Assembly: GCF_009914755.1 (NCBI RefSeq) | Contig: NC_060939.1 | From: the human T2T-CHM13v2.0 reference genome, Homo sapiens | Reading direction: 5' to 3' (one strand) | Length of the DNA stretch: 64,000 nt | Part shown: positions 33,244 to 52,545 of the stretch, piece after piece | How the letters are laid out: each line of letters starts with the position of its first letter | How positions within the stretch are numbered: position 1 is the first letter of the stretch | Program-made: the position numbers and the translations under genes | Notes under the pieces: generated by a model | Told to the model about the DNA's origin: nothing | The model's input: the letters and a program-made list of their open reading frames with translations, nothing else | Databases searched by the model: none

Positions 33244-34264
33244 TATGTGAGAGCTTTTCATTTTGTGTACTCTGTCTCAATGTCTTACCCTCATGTGTTT
33301 GTGAAATGAGTGAATGATGGGTGATGAATGAATTGGTGACACTAGTGACACACTGAATTCACAGCACTTACACTGGGCCAGACTGTGTAGAGAAGCCAGC
33401 GTGCATCCCAGCCTTGACGAGGACATAGTTCAGAGACAGGCTGTTAGGTTTGGCCGGTGCATGCCCTTCTGCCTAAGCCATTTACCAGCCCCAGACCTTT
33501 CCACTGCTCCAAGACTTTATTTTCATACTTCCTTAAAGTTACTATTGCTTTTTTTTCCCCCATGTAACTTAGGTAGAAAAAACTGGAGAAACTAAATTGT
33601 TCTGACCTAATCAGTTCTTAATATTGCACCTAAAAAGATAGAAACTGCATTCTGAAAAATCATGCACTAAAAATTACAAGGGAAATAGGTTTGGAACTTT
33701 GTGACCTGTGTAGTACAATAACAATCCTAAATTTCCAGTTATTTGCACCTAGAATTAGTCAATCTTTTGCAGTCAAAATTTTGGGTTTTTGTTTCTTCCT
33801 TTGAGAGACAGATCCTTGAAATCAGTCACTTCTAGTAGAAAGCATTTTCATCAATATTGAAAGAATGATACAGAGGTATCTATCAGTCAGCGCTTTTTTC
33901 TAATTGCCAGGTGAAATGTCTTCTCAGTTTTTTCATCAGTACTTGCAGCTTCTCAGATAACAGCAGGAATGAGGTGGTTTTGAAGCCACTAAGCCAGCTA
34001 CTCCTTGCATTTAAAGGGTTTTCATCCTTTTTCATAAGATCTTCATATATCCCTTAGGGTTTCTCTCTAGGTGTGTGAACATTTGCCTCTGGTTGCTTCA
34101 GCACATCAGCTTTCTGGGGAGAGTCATGTTGAACCAATGTGACTTCGAATTATACTGGTATCACCCCCTACTTAGCAGTTGCCGATGGACTGATGCACAT
34201 TACAGAAGCACACACACCTTGCAGCAGAATGGATTATGGTTCATGATACGAGTTACACAAGCGT

Positions 34265-34270
34265 TTTATT
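34265..34270 (-). terminator. Candidate proximal NRG4 poly(A) signal
   Basis: AATAAA on the minus strand ~100 nt after the NRG4 stop codon. Confidence 0.5.
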
Positions 34271-34371
34271 TAAGAAATAAAGGATTAGATTTTTAATTCT
34301 TTTACCTAGTGGTGTTTCATTTTCTGCCTTTGTAAAATAAAAACAATGATTTGGTTCACTTTGACGTTTCT

Positions 34372-34388
34372 TCAGTGTTGTTCATGAC
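34372..34388 (-). CDS. NRG4: NRG4 last coding exon, (S)HEQH*
   Basis: Minus strand tttttcacag|GT CAT GAA CAA CAC TGA completes the known C-terminus SAHHSHEQH. Confidence 0.93.
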
Positions 34389-35766
34389 CTGTGAAAAATA
34401 AGTAAGAATTAAGATGCTTTCTCCATTGCAATGTTTCTTACTACGCACACCTATCTACATGTCTCTTATCTTCTTCACATATATAAGCCAACCCCTTCTG
34501 TTTGTGATAGGATGTGTTGAGGTAAACTAACCTAGAATATCAAAAATTTCCAGCAGCCTGACAAGACTCCTCAGAACACTGAGTTCTGTCAGATTCCCCA
34601 TTCAAGTCTCACATATAAAGTTCCCTGCATGCCTGCCCACACCCCCCGCCCCTCACTGTCTTTGCTCACTGCCTCTTACCCAAAGTTCTAACAAGCCTGG
34701 TGACCTGTCTTAGATATACAAGTTAGAAAAGGGTGGTTGAGGGGAAAAGATTGCTAGAGTGAGTCACTGTAACAGCAATGACAATAATAGATGGCAAGAA
34801 AATACCAAGGAAACAAGGACTAATAAAACCTGTGGCTAATTGGGACTATTTAGAGACAAAAATTCCCTCTGTAGCCAGCAAGTCCTGAGACTAACACCCA
34901 TATCTGTGGAAATGCAGTAAGAAAAACATGGGTTTAACCTCCCTAAACCTCAGTTTTCTCATTGTAGAGTGAGAATAATACCACCTACTCCATACAGTTG
35001 TTAAGGTTTATAGGAGTTAAAATATTTGAAATATTAACCATAGTACCTGGCACACATAGGCATGTGGTGTGCATGATCATACTGTTACACTGCTTTCCAT
35101 TTGGAGAGTTGTGTTGTCAGCATTAGGGCATTATTGCAGTAGGGATGGTGTCTAACAACAATATAAATGCATGCTAAGACTTCAGGCTGTGGATTTATGC
35201 TAGGAATACATTGGAAAGATTGCCCGGGGAGGCTTACATTCCAGAAGCACACAAGGCGACATGAATAAACCTATCGATGAAGTAAGGCTTGATGGTGTGG
35301 TGGCAGGAGGACATCCTTGGTGAAGGAAGGTCATTAATAAGTTTTAAAAATATAATGTACCTTTATGCTATGATTTTCATAATATGAGCTAACATTATTA
35401 AGCAAGTCCCAGTCTTCATAATCGGCTCTCCTCATCAGAGAATCTAACTTTATTTTCATGACATATCTTGTCACATTTAGTAAAAGGCTTTTGTGTGTGT
35501 GTGGGGGGGTGGTTATTTGCTTATAGTTATGGTGTTGCAGTTATTGACTGAGATTGTTCAACCTTGAAAAAACGGTCAAATGAACTAATTTTGTCAGCTG
35601 AGCCTAATACCTTACCCCTGTTTTTAACCTTTGTTATGATGTCTTTTTCTTACAAAAAAACAACAGTAATTTAATACTTTTTTTAATACTTTTTTTTTTA
35701 ACAAGTATGTCTTTATAAAGTCAAGCTGTTTTATATGTGTGTGGATTCTAAAAAATAAGTCCTTAC

Positions 35767-35782
35767 CATGTCACTGAACATT
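35767..35782 (-). other. NRG4: Candidate 16-nt NRG4 cassette microexon
   Basis: Minus strand tttttttcttttccccag|AATGTTCAGTGACATG|gtaagg, with strong acceptor and donor. Confidence 0.4.
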
Positions 35783-35994
35783 CTGGGGAAAAGAAAAAAA
35801 TCAAGAGGCAAACCTTTTGGGGAAAATGCTGTTGATGAATTACAAGCATGGTACTTGTGCATTCAAGATCTAATGGCAGGATTCTATTCCCAAACTTGTT
35901 TATATCAGATTTGGCCCCTAGCATTAACCTTTCCAGTTAACACCACGATAAATTTAAAATCTTTCCATTCTCTGATATATATATTTTTTATCAT

Positions 35995-36211
35995 TTATTT
36001 TTATTTTTTTTTTTTGTGGAATCTCACTTTGTCACCCAGGCAGAGGCACAATCTCAGCTCACTGCAACCTCCGCTCGGGTTCAAGCTATTGTCCTGCCTT
36101 AGCCTCCTGAGTAGCTGGGATTACAGGCGCCCGCCACTATGCCCGGTTCATTTTTGTATTTTTAGTAGAGACAGGGTTTCACCATGTTGGCCAGGCTGGT
36201 CTCGAACTCCT
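35995..36211 (-). mobile_element. Truncated Alu
   Basis: Right arm plus part of the left arm with small deletions. Confidence 0.85.
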
Positions 36212-36526
36212 GTATTCTCTGAGAATTTCTTCATGGTTATTTAACCATCAAGCACTTTAAAAATTAATGTGGCTCCAGACATTACAAATATAGCAAAGAT
36301 CTACAAACCTAACAAACAAAAGACATGCTTTTACTCATGTACAGGAGTAAAGTATGGGAACAGATTATCCCTCCTGATAAGTGATAATTCTGAGCACAAT
36401 AAAACACATCAACTGATAGCATTATTTAATAATGGCATCTCTTTCAGGCTGACTGACTTTTTATTGTGAAATATACTTAACAAAATTTACCATTTTAACC
36501 ATTTTTAAGTTCAGTAGCATTAAGTA

Positions 36527-37391
<865 letters not shown>

Positions 37392-37738
37392 CTCCAGAAC
37401 TTTTTCATCATCGTAAACTGAAACTCTACCCATTAAACAGTAACTCCCTATTCCTCCCGACAGCCCTGGTGACCACCATTCTACTTTCTGTCTCAGTGAA
37501 TTTGCCTATTCTAGGTGCCTTGTATACGTGGAATCACACAATACTTACCTTTCGTGTTTGGCTTTTTCACTTAGCACGTCTTCAGGATTCACCTATGTTG
37601 TGGCATGTTTCAGAATTTCATTCCTTTTTAAAGCTAAATAATATTCCATTATAGGTATATACCACATTTTATCTATTCATCCACTGATGGGTATTTGGGT
37701 TGTTTCCACCTTTTGGCTACTGTAAGTAATGCTGCTAT

Positions 37739-38324
37739 TGAGGCAGGAGAGGTAGTCAAGGAAGTAACCATGTTCTTGGTTACAGGGGCGACCGTGCTGT
37801 CAACACAATAAGCCCAGCATTCGCATTGTAGTCCAGCTCATTCAAGCAAAGCTATCTCCAGTAGGAAATTTCCCTGTAGGGAGCATGTGCATTTTGATTT
37901 TACTTGTCCTCAGACTGGCCCATTGCTCATTATAATTGTAAAAAACACTTCCCTGAGGAGAGATTTCAGATGCTAATGAGATATATGATGTGTGAACAAA
38001 CACGTACAGCTACTGGCATGTGCACCCAGAGGACCAGCCAAAACATGCTTACTAGTAACAGCTCTTCCCACCTCCTCATGAGTAATAATCTAAGACTCCC
38101 AGAAAGGGAGTCTCCCTAGTGCCAGTCTTTGCTGTCTCATCCTTATGAGTAGCCTGCCCTGAATCCTCTCTCAGGGTGTCCTGTCTATTCTGCACCTAAC
38201 TTTCAAAATATTCTTTCTCCTTTGCAATAATATTGCTATATGCTGCATCTCTGTTTTGTGTCTCTTGTTTAAACTCTTTTAAACTGAAAAGACAAGAACC
38301 AAGGTCTCACAACAGCCATTAACA
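37739..38324 (+). mobile_element. Intact ERV1-class solo LTR (LTR15-like), 586 bp
   Basis: TG...CA termini with 4-bp TSD CTAT (37735-37738 and 38325-38328). Removing it restores host L1 text aatgctgctatga. Confidence 0.88.
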
Positions 38325-39025
38325 CTATGAGTGTAGGTATACAAATATCTGTTTGAGTCCATTCTTTCATTTCTTTTAGATGTATACCCAGGAGTGGAAT
38401 TGCTAGATAATATGGAAATTCTGTTTAATTTTTTTTTGAGGACTTGCCATATTGTTTTCTTAAAGTGGTCGCACAATTTTACATTCCCACCAACAATGCA
38501 CAAGGGTTCCAATTTCTACGTGTTCTCACCAACACATGGTTTCTGGTTTTTTGTTTGTTTGTATCAATAGTAGTCACCATCCTAAAGGTTGAAAGTGGTA
38601 CCTCATTGTGGTTTTGATCTGTATTTCCCCAATAATTTGTGATGTTGAGTATCTTTTTTCATGTGCTTATTGGCCATCTGTGTATCTTCTTTGGAGAAAT
38701 GTCTATTCAAATCCTTTGCCCGTTTTTGAATTAGGTTCTTCTACTTGTTGTAATTGAGTTTTAGAAGTTCTTTATATATTCTGGGTATCAAATCCTTACC
38801 AGATACATGATTTGTGAACCTTTTCTCCCATTCTATGGATTGCCTTTTCACTCTGCTGATAGTGTCTTTTGATGTGCCAAAATTTTAAGTTTTGATGTCC
38901 AATTTGTCTAACTTTTCTTTGGCTGCCTGTGCTTTTGGTGTATAAAGCAATCATTGCCAAATCCAATTTCATGAAGCATTCCCCCTATGTTTTCTTCTCT
39001 TAGTAATTTTAGCTCTTACGTTTAG

Positions 39026-40303
<1,278 letters not shown>

Positions 40304-41014
40304 TTAAATTTACATGAAGCCCAATTTATGAAATTTTTTCTTTTTATCGATTGTGCTTTTTGTATTGTATCTAAAAATCTTTGCCTAATTCAATGTCACA
40401 AAGACTTTCTCTTATGTTTTCTTCTAAGGTTTTTGTAGTTTTAGCTCTTATATTTAGACCCATTTTGAATTTTTTTTGTGCATGGTAAAGGGTCTGAATT
40501 CATGTTTTTGCATGTGAATATCCAAACTGCCCCAGTATCATCTGTTGGAATGACTATCCTTTCTGTATTGAATTGCCTTGGCAGCTTTGTCAAAAATCAA
40601 TTGTGGTCTATCTGGATGCCCAGTATGAAGCTTCTAACTTTGTTCTTCTTTTTCAAAATTATTTTCTCTATTCTAGGTCCTTTGCGTTTCCATGGGAATT
40701 TTAGAACCACCTTGTCAATTTTTACAAAAACACCTGTTGGGATTTTGTCTGGGATAGCACTGCATCTATATAGGTCAATTTGAGAACTGACACCTTACAA
40801 TATTGAATCTTCCAAATCTATGAACAAAATATAACTCTCCATTTATTTAGGTCTTCATTTCTCTCAGCAATTTTTTTTTTAGTTTTCAATACATAGGCCT
40901 TTCATATTTTTGTCTGATGTATGCTTATGTACTTAATACATTGAGATTCTATCATTAATAATTTTTTTAAATTTCCATATCTAATTGTCACTGATATACA
41001 GGAATACAATGGAC

Positions 41015-42227
<1,213 letters not shown>

Positions 42228-43314
42228 TAACTTGTGTCTTTATACTTAATGTATATTTCTTGCAGATAGCATATCACATTAATTTTTATCCAATTTTACA
42301 ATCTCTATCTTAACTGGGTGACTTAGACTTTTTACAGGTTGCTCTAGAGTTTCTAGCATACACTTTTGACTTATTACAGTTTCCCTTCAAGTGATGACGT
42401 ACTGCTTGACATTCAGCATAAGAACCTTACAGTGGGGTATTTCCCTCGCTACCCTCCCAATCTTTGTATTTTCTTATTATACATTTTGCTTTTATGTATG
42501 TTGTAAGTCCCATACTATGTTGTTATGATATTTCATTAAATGGTCAGTTATTTCTTAAGGAGATTTAAATAATACGAGAAAGATCTTACACATTTACCCA
42601 CATAGTTGTCATTTCTGGTGCTCTTCCTCCCTTTATGTAAATCCATATTTCCATCTGATATTGTCCTTTTGCCTGAAGGACTTCCTTTAACATTTACTTT
42701 AGTGAGGTTCTGGTGATGATAAATTCTTTCAACTGTCATATGCCTGGAAAATCTCTATTTTGCCTTCATTTTTTTCTAAATAGTTACTGATTTTTTATGG
42801 TTTTGAGATACAATCACGTACCATAAAATTCACTCATTTAAATTGTACAATTCAATGGCTTTTAGTATATTCAGAGTTGCACAACCATCAGCACAATCAA
42901 ATTTATGACACTTTCATTCCCAAAAAGAAAGCCCACATCCCTTAGCCGTCACTCCCCAACATCCCCCCATTTCCTCCAATCCTAGGCAAACATTAATCTA
43001 CTGTCTGTCTCTATAGATTTGCCTGTTCTGGGCATTTCATATAAATGTTATAAAATATGTGTTCCTTTATGACTGGGTCCTTTACTTCAGCATGTTGTTT
43101 TCAAAGTCCATCCATGTTGCAGCATATATTACTACTTAATTTCTATTTCCTGCCGAATAATATTCCATAGTAGGAATATAACACATTTTATATATCCATT
43201 TATCAGCTGATGGACATTTGACTAATTTCTACTTTTTGGCTATTATAAATAATGCTGCTATGTGCTACGAACATTCATGTGCATTTTTTTTCTTTTTTTT
43301 CGCCCTCCTCAAAG

Positions 43315-45455
<2,141 letters not shown>

Positions 45456-46651
45456 TAATATTTCTCATTTTGAGCACATTTTCTGCTTCTTTGGAGGTTG
45501 GTAATTGTATTGGATGTGAAACATTATTAATTTCACCTGTTGGGTACTAGCTATTTTTCAGCATTGTTGAGCTTTGATCTAGGATGTAGTTATTTGGAAA
45601 CAATTTGATTCTGTCAGCTCATGCTTTTACAGTTTATTAGGCAGAACTGTAGCAGTGCTTAATCTAGGGCTAGTATTCCCCACTATCAGGCAAACACCTT
45701 TCTATGTACTCTACCCCGTGCCCCGTGAATAATGAGGTTTCCAGCCTCAGTGGGAACAGACACTTTTCCTGGCCCTGTGTGAATACTGGGCACCTCTAAT
45801 CCTTCAGGTGATTTTTTCCACAACCTCAAGTATTTTCCTCCCACACATGCCCTGATTAGTACTCAGCTGAATACTTGAACTGAAAATCTCTGGAGTTCTC
45901 TCTTCATACACCTCTCTTTTTTCCAGGACTCTCCTCAGTACAATATAGTCACCTTGATCTTTTTGGACTCTTAGCTCCATCTTCTCAACTCGGAGTCAGC
46001 CAAACTCAGCCTGGGGTCCCCCACCTTGCACAAAAGCCTGGAAATTCTCTCCAGGCAGTAATCTAAGGCAATCATTGGCTTAACTAGTCTATTGCCATCT
46101 CTCAGGGCTCATGGTTCCTTTGATGACTGATAGCAATGTCTTCATATATTTTGTCTTCATAAATTTTAATGCTCCATATATTTTGTCCATTTTTTGTTGT
46201 TTTAAGTAGAAGGAAATAAATCCAGTGCCTGTTACTCCATCTTGGCCAGAAGTCTCAAGACAATTTTAAAACATCAATTTGTCTACAAGTTTCCCAAAGA
46301 TTTGCTGATCTTTACAGGTAAAACTCTTCTTCCTCCCCATATGCTGGCTCACTTCAAAATATTTCTGAGAAACCAGTCCCTTATATCTGTGTAGCACATT
46401 AGAGCTACATCAGAATTTCATATATTGAGATAACATTGTTTTCTTTGGGAAAAAATGTGATTTGTGTCATACTGATAATAAATTCATTTTTATGTGAAAA
46501 AGGGTACCTGGCCAAAAAAAAAAAAAAAACCCATAGAAAAGTTTAGGCTCAACCTTTTTTTTCTGGATAGATCTAAATACAAATCCCTACATCTAACAAC
46601 AACAGTCTCATCTAGGGTTTTAAAATAAGCATTTGTTTTGAGTTTACTCAC

Positions 46652-46731
46652 TGTGGTGGGCACTGGTACTGCTCGTCTCTACCAGGTTGATATCATACTG
46701 GACTGAACTGGCTCTCTGAAAGTGGCCTTTC
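46652..46731 (-). CDS. NRG4: NRG4 cytoplasmic-tail exon, (R)KGHFQRASSVQYDINLVETSSTSAHH
   Basis: Minus strand tattgtcag|G AAA GGC CAC ... CAC CAC A|gtgagt; 80 nt, phases match both neighbours. Confidence 0.95.
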
Positions 46732-48595
46732 CTGACAATAAAGAGGAGAGAAACACAAAAATGGAAGTGTAATAGGAAAAGCATGTCAGAAGACCTAGAA
46801 AGAAAGTTTTTTTTTTTAATTTCCCTTCTTCCCCCTTTTTACAACACATCAAATGAAAGTATAAACTTGACTATTTGATGGTTCATTTTCTTTCCACAAC
46901 TACCTGAAATTGTCAGTGATGCTTTAAAACTGTTCCCCATTATTTAACAAATCCATTAGTACACATAGATCATCTGTGGGGACCAGATGCTGATGATGCC
47001 ACCTGGTCTTTTTCCTTTAAGACAACAGCAAAGCTGTTGTATCTTAATGTAATTTTTGTGCTCTTTTTAAAGAAGTTAGCTTTCATTATCAGTTGGGACC
47101 CTTATGTGACATGGGGTGCCTTTAGTCAATTATTCTAGTAATGGCATTTTAAAAAGTAATTTTGGACATTTTTGAGGTAACAGTACATCAGGTTTTTCAG
47201 TCATTTGATCAGTTAATATAGGTTATGATTTATGTTATAGATTTTGGAATGTACAGTTGATTTCATTTTTTGCAATATGTCTATATGCAGTTTTAGCTTA
47301 CATTAATGAAAATGAATTCAAAATCACTTTTACCATTGCAAAATGATGTGTATTTTCTAAAAGCATACTTGCTCCTATTCCGGAGACACTACTGATTCTA
47401 GCCCAGATTTTAGCATTAGTGGGGTATCATTTTGGACCTCCTTCAATGATGGCACTAATTAGTTACTAAAGTTCAAAAGGACCTCAGTTTAAAGCAATTT
47501 CAACCACTAATGGACCAAAAACTATTACAGAAAACAATTTCATTCTTGAAAGCACATTTCCAAGTTCACATGGTCACTACAGGACAGCCTAGATCTTGTG
47601 ACACACTTTCTATTTATCCTGTTTTTTAGCTTTCTTTTTTATTTATTTTTAACTAATTGGTTATTTTTAATTCCATTTTTGTCCTTCTGCTAATCCGGCA
47701 ATTATACACTTTGATTTTCTATTATGTGTTACCCTAGACATTTTAATACTCATCTTAAAATATCAAGGTCAAAATTAACTTATATATTTATCCTCCCCCC
47801 ATACAAAGACCTTAGTACACTTTAAGCTTATTTGCTATCATGTGTTTTAATTCCTTTAAAAAAATACATAGGACAATACTATGTTATAATTTATACAATA
47901 TTTGTTTTGATATTCACATAGTAATAGCTTTCTGTTCTTTCTTGCACTTCACACACGCCGTATAGGATCAACTTCCTTTTACCTGACATATATCCTTCAG
48001 GCAGAAGGTTTACTGAGGGATAACTCTCTCAAAGTTTGCTTATTAAAAGTTGTCTTCATCTTACCCTCATTCCTGAGAGATGTTTTCACTGCCACAGAAA
48101 TTTGGGGTTAACTGTTTTCTCTCAGCATATTGAAAATATCACTGCTCTGTCTTCTAGTTTTGCTTCTTTGCAACTGAGAAGTCAGCTGTTGGTTTAATTG
48201 TTGCATCTTTGACGATAATCTGCCATTCTTTTCTGCTTTTGTGATGTTCTCTTTAGAACTGGTGTTCTACAATTTCACTATGTTGCACCCATATGTAAAT
48301 TTATTTTTATTTATCCTGCTTGAGATTTGTTAGGCTTCTAACATCTACGGGTAACTTTCATCAGTTCTGAAAAGGTCTCTGCCTTTACTTTTTCAAATAC
48401 TGCCTCTGCCCCAGTCTTTTTCTTCTGGAATTCCAACTAAACATAAGGTAGACACACACACTCTGGTCACCATGCTTCTTGACTTCTCTTCAATATTTTC
48501 CATTTCTTTTTCTCTTAGAATTACCCTCTGGGTAATTTTTTCCTATCTATTTTCCAATTCATTAATTATTTTATTGTGTTTAATCTGCTGTTTAA

Positions 48596-49029
<434 letters not shown>

Positions 49030-49691
49030 ACCTCTCACTTATTTTTTGATACATATTAAACATACTTATTTTATATCATGTGTCTGATTCTTCCAATAAA
49101 TACAGATTTCTGAATATCTTACCCTACTACCTACTGTTTCTGCTAGTTCTAATAAATTGTGCCTCTTTTATTCTACGTTTGGTAATCTTTTCATACTGTG
49201 AGACGCTTTTCAAGGTAAAGGATAAAAGTAGGCTCTTCAAGAATTGATTTGTATTTGTTTCTGTCAACCACCTGATGACATTACCAGCCTAGATTATTTT
49301 ATATTCTTAGCTTTTTACCCCCAGACATTCAGAGAGTGTGAATTCAGGATGGAGACCCACATAATGTTTGTGATTGGAGCTTTCTTTTCTCTTGTATTCA
49401 GCACCACTTCTTGTTCTTATATATATACGCTTTTCCTTCTATTATACCTATACTTTCTACTCAAAAGGTATTGTTTAGCCTGCTACAGGGTACTTCAGAC
49501 TAGAAATATTTCTAAGTTCTGGCACAAGTCTGCAGAACAGCTATAGCTTAGAAGGTCTCCTTTCTGAAACTTTGCTGCTCTGGGGCATTGAACACCTGTG
49601 GGGTACAATATACTATGCCCTTCACAAACTCAATGGGTTGGCAAAGGAATTTCATTTTGGGGCAACTACAACAATATTAAAGTTCCATTAA

Positions 49692-49992
49692 TTTGTTTAT
49701 TTATTTATTTTTTTTAGAGACAGGGTCTTGCTCTCTCACCCAGGCAGGAGTGCAGTAGTGCAGTCATGGCTTAACTGCAGCCTCTCATTCCTGGGCTCAA
49801 GCGATCTTCCCATCTCAGCCTCCCAAGCAGCTAGGACTACATGCATGTGTTACCACACCTGGATAATTAAAAAAAAAAATTGTTTTGTACAGACGGGGTC
49901 TTGCTATGTTGTCCAGGCTGGTCTTAAACTCCTGGTCTCAAGTAGTCCTCCCACCTTGGCAGGATTACAGGCATGAGCCACAGCACCTGGCC
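49692..49992 (-). mobile_element. AluJ (sense to NRG4)
   Basis: Diverged Alu dimer; (AAAT)n-type tail on the minus strand. Confidence 0.9.
49837..49858 (-). CDS. NRG4: Alu-derived alternative NRG4 exon encoding C-terminus (R)CGNTCM*
   Basis: Minus strand tttttttttttaattatccag|G TGT GGT AAC ACA TGC ATG TAG, in phase with the TM exon (ends AG). The peptide matches my recollection of the NRG4 A2 variant tail. Confidence 0.65.
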
Positions 49993-50029
49993 CAAGTTCT
50001 ATGGATTTAATATCACACAAATCACTCTC

Positions 50030-51530
50030 AACAATTCCCAGTGGAATAGCAGATATTCTTATAAATCCTTTGGTCACTATATTAGATATGTATTTCTGGC
50101 TCTTTATCTTATGAGCATATGATTGAATTGCATTTCCTGACAGCTGGATATATTATATGTCTCTTATTGTAAATATATGTAAATAAATATATAAATAAAT
50201 ATTATCTATTTAATCTATTCATATAAAATAGGAAACAGAGGTCTTGTTCTCTTTCCAGGTTGGAGTGCAGTGGCATAATCACAGCTCACTGCATCTCAAA
50301 CTCCTGGCCTTGGGGGATCCTCCTGCTTCTGCTTCCCGAGTAGTTGGGAATACAGATGTGTACCACCATGCCCTGCTAATTTTTTTTATTTTTCATTTTG
50401 TAGAGACAGGGTCTTGTGATCTTGCCCAGGCTGGTCTCAAACTCCTGGGCTCAAGCAGTCCTCTCACTTGGGAATACAGACATGAGCTACCATGTCCAGC
50501 CACCTCTTATAATTGAGGAGGACCATGAAACTCCTGCTGGCTAGTGAGTTATGTCAGTAGTGATGTGTGTCACTTCTGGGACAGATCATTTTAATTTAAG
50601 TGTGAGACCTTCCAGAGCTTTCTTTTCCCTTTGTTATGACAACCAGCAACACTCAAGATGGTGGTTGCTCCAACAGTTTGAGTCCTTAAGTGACTATGAT
50701 TAGTAAAGCCCTGCTTGCCAATCCATACTAATTACCTACAATAAGTGAGAAATAATCTTCTGTTTATTAAGCCACTAAAGTATTAGGGTTGGTAGTTACT
50801 GCAGCCAAACTTAGACTATCCTGACTTATTAATGATAATGAATTAAACATAATTCATTAATTAAACACAATTCATTATCCAATCAATAACAGATGGAAAC
50901 TATATCTCCAAACTGGCACAAGAGTGATTAATGAGGGAAGTAGGTATTGGTCTTCCCCTTAGCATATTAGACTGACAGAATGTTTAGAGGGATAGAATAG
51001 ATCATTATTCAGCTTTCCAAACATAGATACATTTAAAGTCAAGCATAAACCTAATTCCAAAGATGGGTGTTCTGGTTATCTACTTATGCATAACATACCA
51101 CCCCAAACTTGGGGGATAAAAAAACTTTATCTCATGATTCTGTGGGTTGACAGCTGGGCATCTTTTGCTTGGGCTCTCTGTGTAGCTGCAGTAAACTGGC
51201 AGTTAAGTCAGGAGTCAACTAAAGGTTTGAATGAGCTGAATGCCTGGGATGGCTCATTAAAATGGCCAGCAGTTAAGGCTGGCTGTTGGCTGGAAGTTCA
51301 GCTGGAGCTGGTTCTTCCTGCTGTTTAGGCTTCTTACAACATGGCGGCTGATTCTATGAGGCAGCATCCCAAGTAGTCTATGATCAAGGCAGTCACGGTG
51401 CCTGCCTAGATTCAAGGAATCTGTAGCAATAAACTCTACCTCTTGATGGATGAGTGGCAAGGTCACACTACAGAAGAGTATGTGGGAATGAGGGATATCA
51501 TATGGCCATCCCTCGGAAATGCAATCTGAT
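50030..51530. mobile_element. Old MaLR LTRs (MLT1H/I-like ~50030-50830 with an AluJ at ~50230-50500; MLT1G/H-like ~51065-51530)
   Basis: gtgatgtgtgtcacttctggg, aagccactaaag, ctcatgattctgtgggttga and ctctacctcttgatgg are MLT1-like. Confidence 0.6.
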
Positions 51531-52545
51531 ACAATGGGCTTGTATTTAAATTTTTGTATCTGAAGTAGTCAGATGCTAAAATTATGAGAAATAAAATCTA
51601 CTGGATTGCTTAAATGATATGTTTTGGAATAAACTATTTAATACCACATATTTTTAAAAAGCCAATTTCCTCCAATTTTTAATTATTCCTTGATGTAAAG
51701 TAGTTAAGAAATCAGGATCTAACAAGATACTATTTTACCTATATGTTACCTTTCTTAGTATACAAACTTCTCAAGCCCACTTGTCTCTCTTTTATGATTA
51801 CCTTCAGCTCCATTTTCACAAGTATCTATGATAGAATACAGTGTGAGTTTCATAAATATTAATTAATGATGAGAGTTATGCCAAATAACTCCTGGACTTA
51901 CTAAATTCTATATTTACTTTTACAAAATTTCAAAAACAATTGAAAATCAAAACGAATGAAAGTAATCTTCAGTGCATAATTGCTTCATGCAAGTAGTTTT
52001 TTTTTTTGTCTCTCTTGTGAGTTACCAGTTTCCCCAAATTAATTGCCTTTTTGTCTGTCTCTCCAAATTGATTTAAGTATCTTTGAAGTTGGGAAACATG
52101 TCTATTTTGTTCACTATTGTATTCTTTATGCCTAGCACAATAGTGGGCACTAGATAGCTGACCCTGCATATTAACCATATGTCTTAAGCTAACATGTACA
52201 GTATTGCGTAAGTTGTTCCTTTTCTTTCACATACAAAATTTACTTTAAATACACCTAACCCAAATATTCAGGTGCTTTTGGCATATTTGCTATAGTGAGT
52301 ATGGGTTTACCTTAGTAGTTTAGATAAGTCAAGGTAAATATTGACAACAGTAACAAAGAACAAATTGAGACTGCTTATTAAGATTCTTTCAAAAATGAAA
52401 TTAGTAACAAAAACTGTATTAAAGAGATAACTAAACATAATACAGTATCTGGAAAAATATCTAGAACTAAGGGCATATTAATTATTTAGTGGAATAACTA
52501 CTTTATGTATTACTTTTCTCAAAAGCATGTTTCTATTTTACTTAC

